Of a stretch of DNA of 64,000 bases, positions 63,142 through 64,000 are shown piece by piece. Each line of letters begins with the position of its first letter. The stretch's first letter is position 1. The notes under the pieces were generated by a model, which had not been told where the DNA came from, did not search any database, and saw only the letters and a list, made by a program, of their open reading frames with translations. The stretch lies in contig OX442314.1 of assembly GCA_949358305.1 (NCBI GenBank), positions 26,040,001 to 26,104,000 on the forward strand. The letters run 5' to 3'. This stretch comes from Strigamia acuminata. Taxonomy: Eukaryota. Made by a program: the position numbers and the translations under genes.

Positions 63142-64000
63142 CAAATTACACAAGTCAAGTCTAATTAAAAACGAATTTATATTAATGTACAAAGCTGTTT
63201 TTCATGCAATAAAATATCATTCCTAGCTTCCCCCTCACAACCCACACTTTAAATTTTCAGATGCCTCCCAACTACTAACCTTATGTGGGTGTTCCATTGT
63301 ATTTATGGCTGTACAGGGGGTTTTTAGAAGCCAAAACTACCCGCGCCAAGCTGTGCTGATACTATTTTATGTTATAATAAGTTATACACAACTTGTATCA
63401 CAAACTTTCTTACAACTTTTGTATCCCTAAAAAATATGGATACAAAATAACAAACATTTTTCAAAAAAATAAAAAAAAATAATAATAATAAAAAAAAAAT
63501 GGTCGCCATATTTATTAAAACAGACCTATTTTATTTTTATGCCTATTTTCGTCTTTTTTCTTATTAAAAAATAGGAGAGGGAAAAAAAAAGATATATTTT
63601 CAGTTTGCCAAATGTGTCTCTGGTTTCCTTACATCACAGGTGTGAGTAATAACTGGGAGAAATCATAAAAAAAAGTTGGATGGTTTTGTGACAAGCACGA
63701 AGAGTGTTTTTCAATTTCACTCTTGGGATTAGAGACAGAGAAATGTGGGAGAAAAAAGTGGAGTTGGAGGAAATAAAAATAGAAAAAAAACGAAATTACT
63801 AAATAGAGAAACGGCGAGTAAAATATTATTTAGGATTTATGTATACGCATTTTAAAACGGAGCGACAATTTCAAAATTAAACTAAACTATAAAGCAAACA
63901 CAAAAAGGCGGACTTTAAAAACCAAAAGCCCAATCGTATTTCACTTTTTAGTGCAGCAGTTTTTCAGTTTCCTTTACACCGATCAAATAACCCACAACAA

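Overview
AT-rich, almost entirely non-coding eukaryotic DNA, most likely from an invertebrate animal (inferred from spliceosomal signals, animal-type rDNA fragments and the transposon repertoire). None of the ORF-track ORFs is a credible intact gene. The window reads best as the 5' part of one very large minus-strand gene. Four tiny exons (63123-63160, 58601-58644, 7860-7880, 7302-7367) have canonical AG/GT borders and splice into one uninterrupted frame (MSETPSDVALWTSKKYFSMTK-KNLFKEL-VSLCWPDNLELTPIRAATSTMK...). A second in-phase start exon (MTSQ, 8766-8777) feeds the same frame, and a ~50.7 kb intron holds two candidate recursive-splicing (AG|GT) points. I cannot name the gene. The introns contain many non-autonomous DNA transposons (hAT-type with 8-bp TSDs, Tc1/mariner/pogo-type with TA TSDs, Harbinger-like), several nested. 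One TACTC-terminated MITE family has a shared core but different self-matched TIRs in each copy. Also present: 20-21, 26 and 31-bp satellites, a 5S rRNA-derived fragment, a 28S rRNA 5' fragment, CpG-rich regulatory-looking islands and a few decayed ORF relics. All calls were made by eye; no database searches were run.
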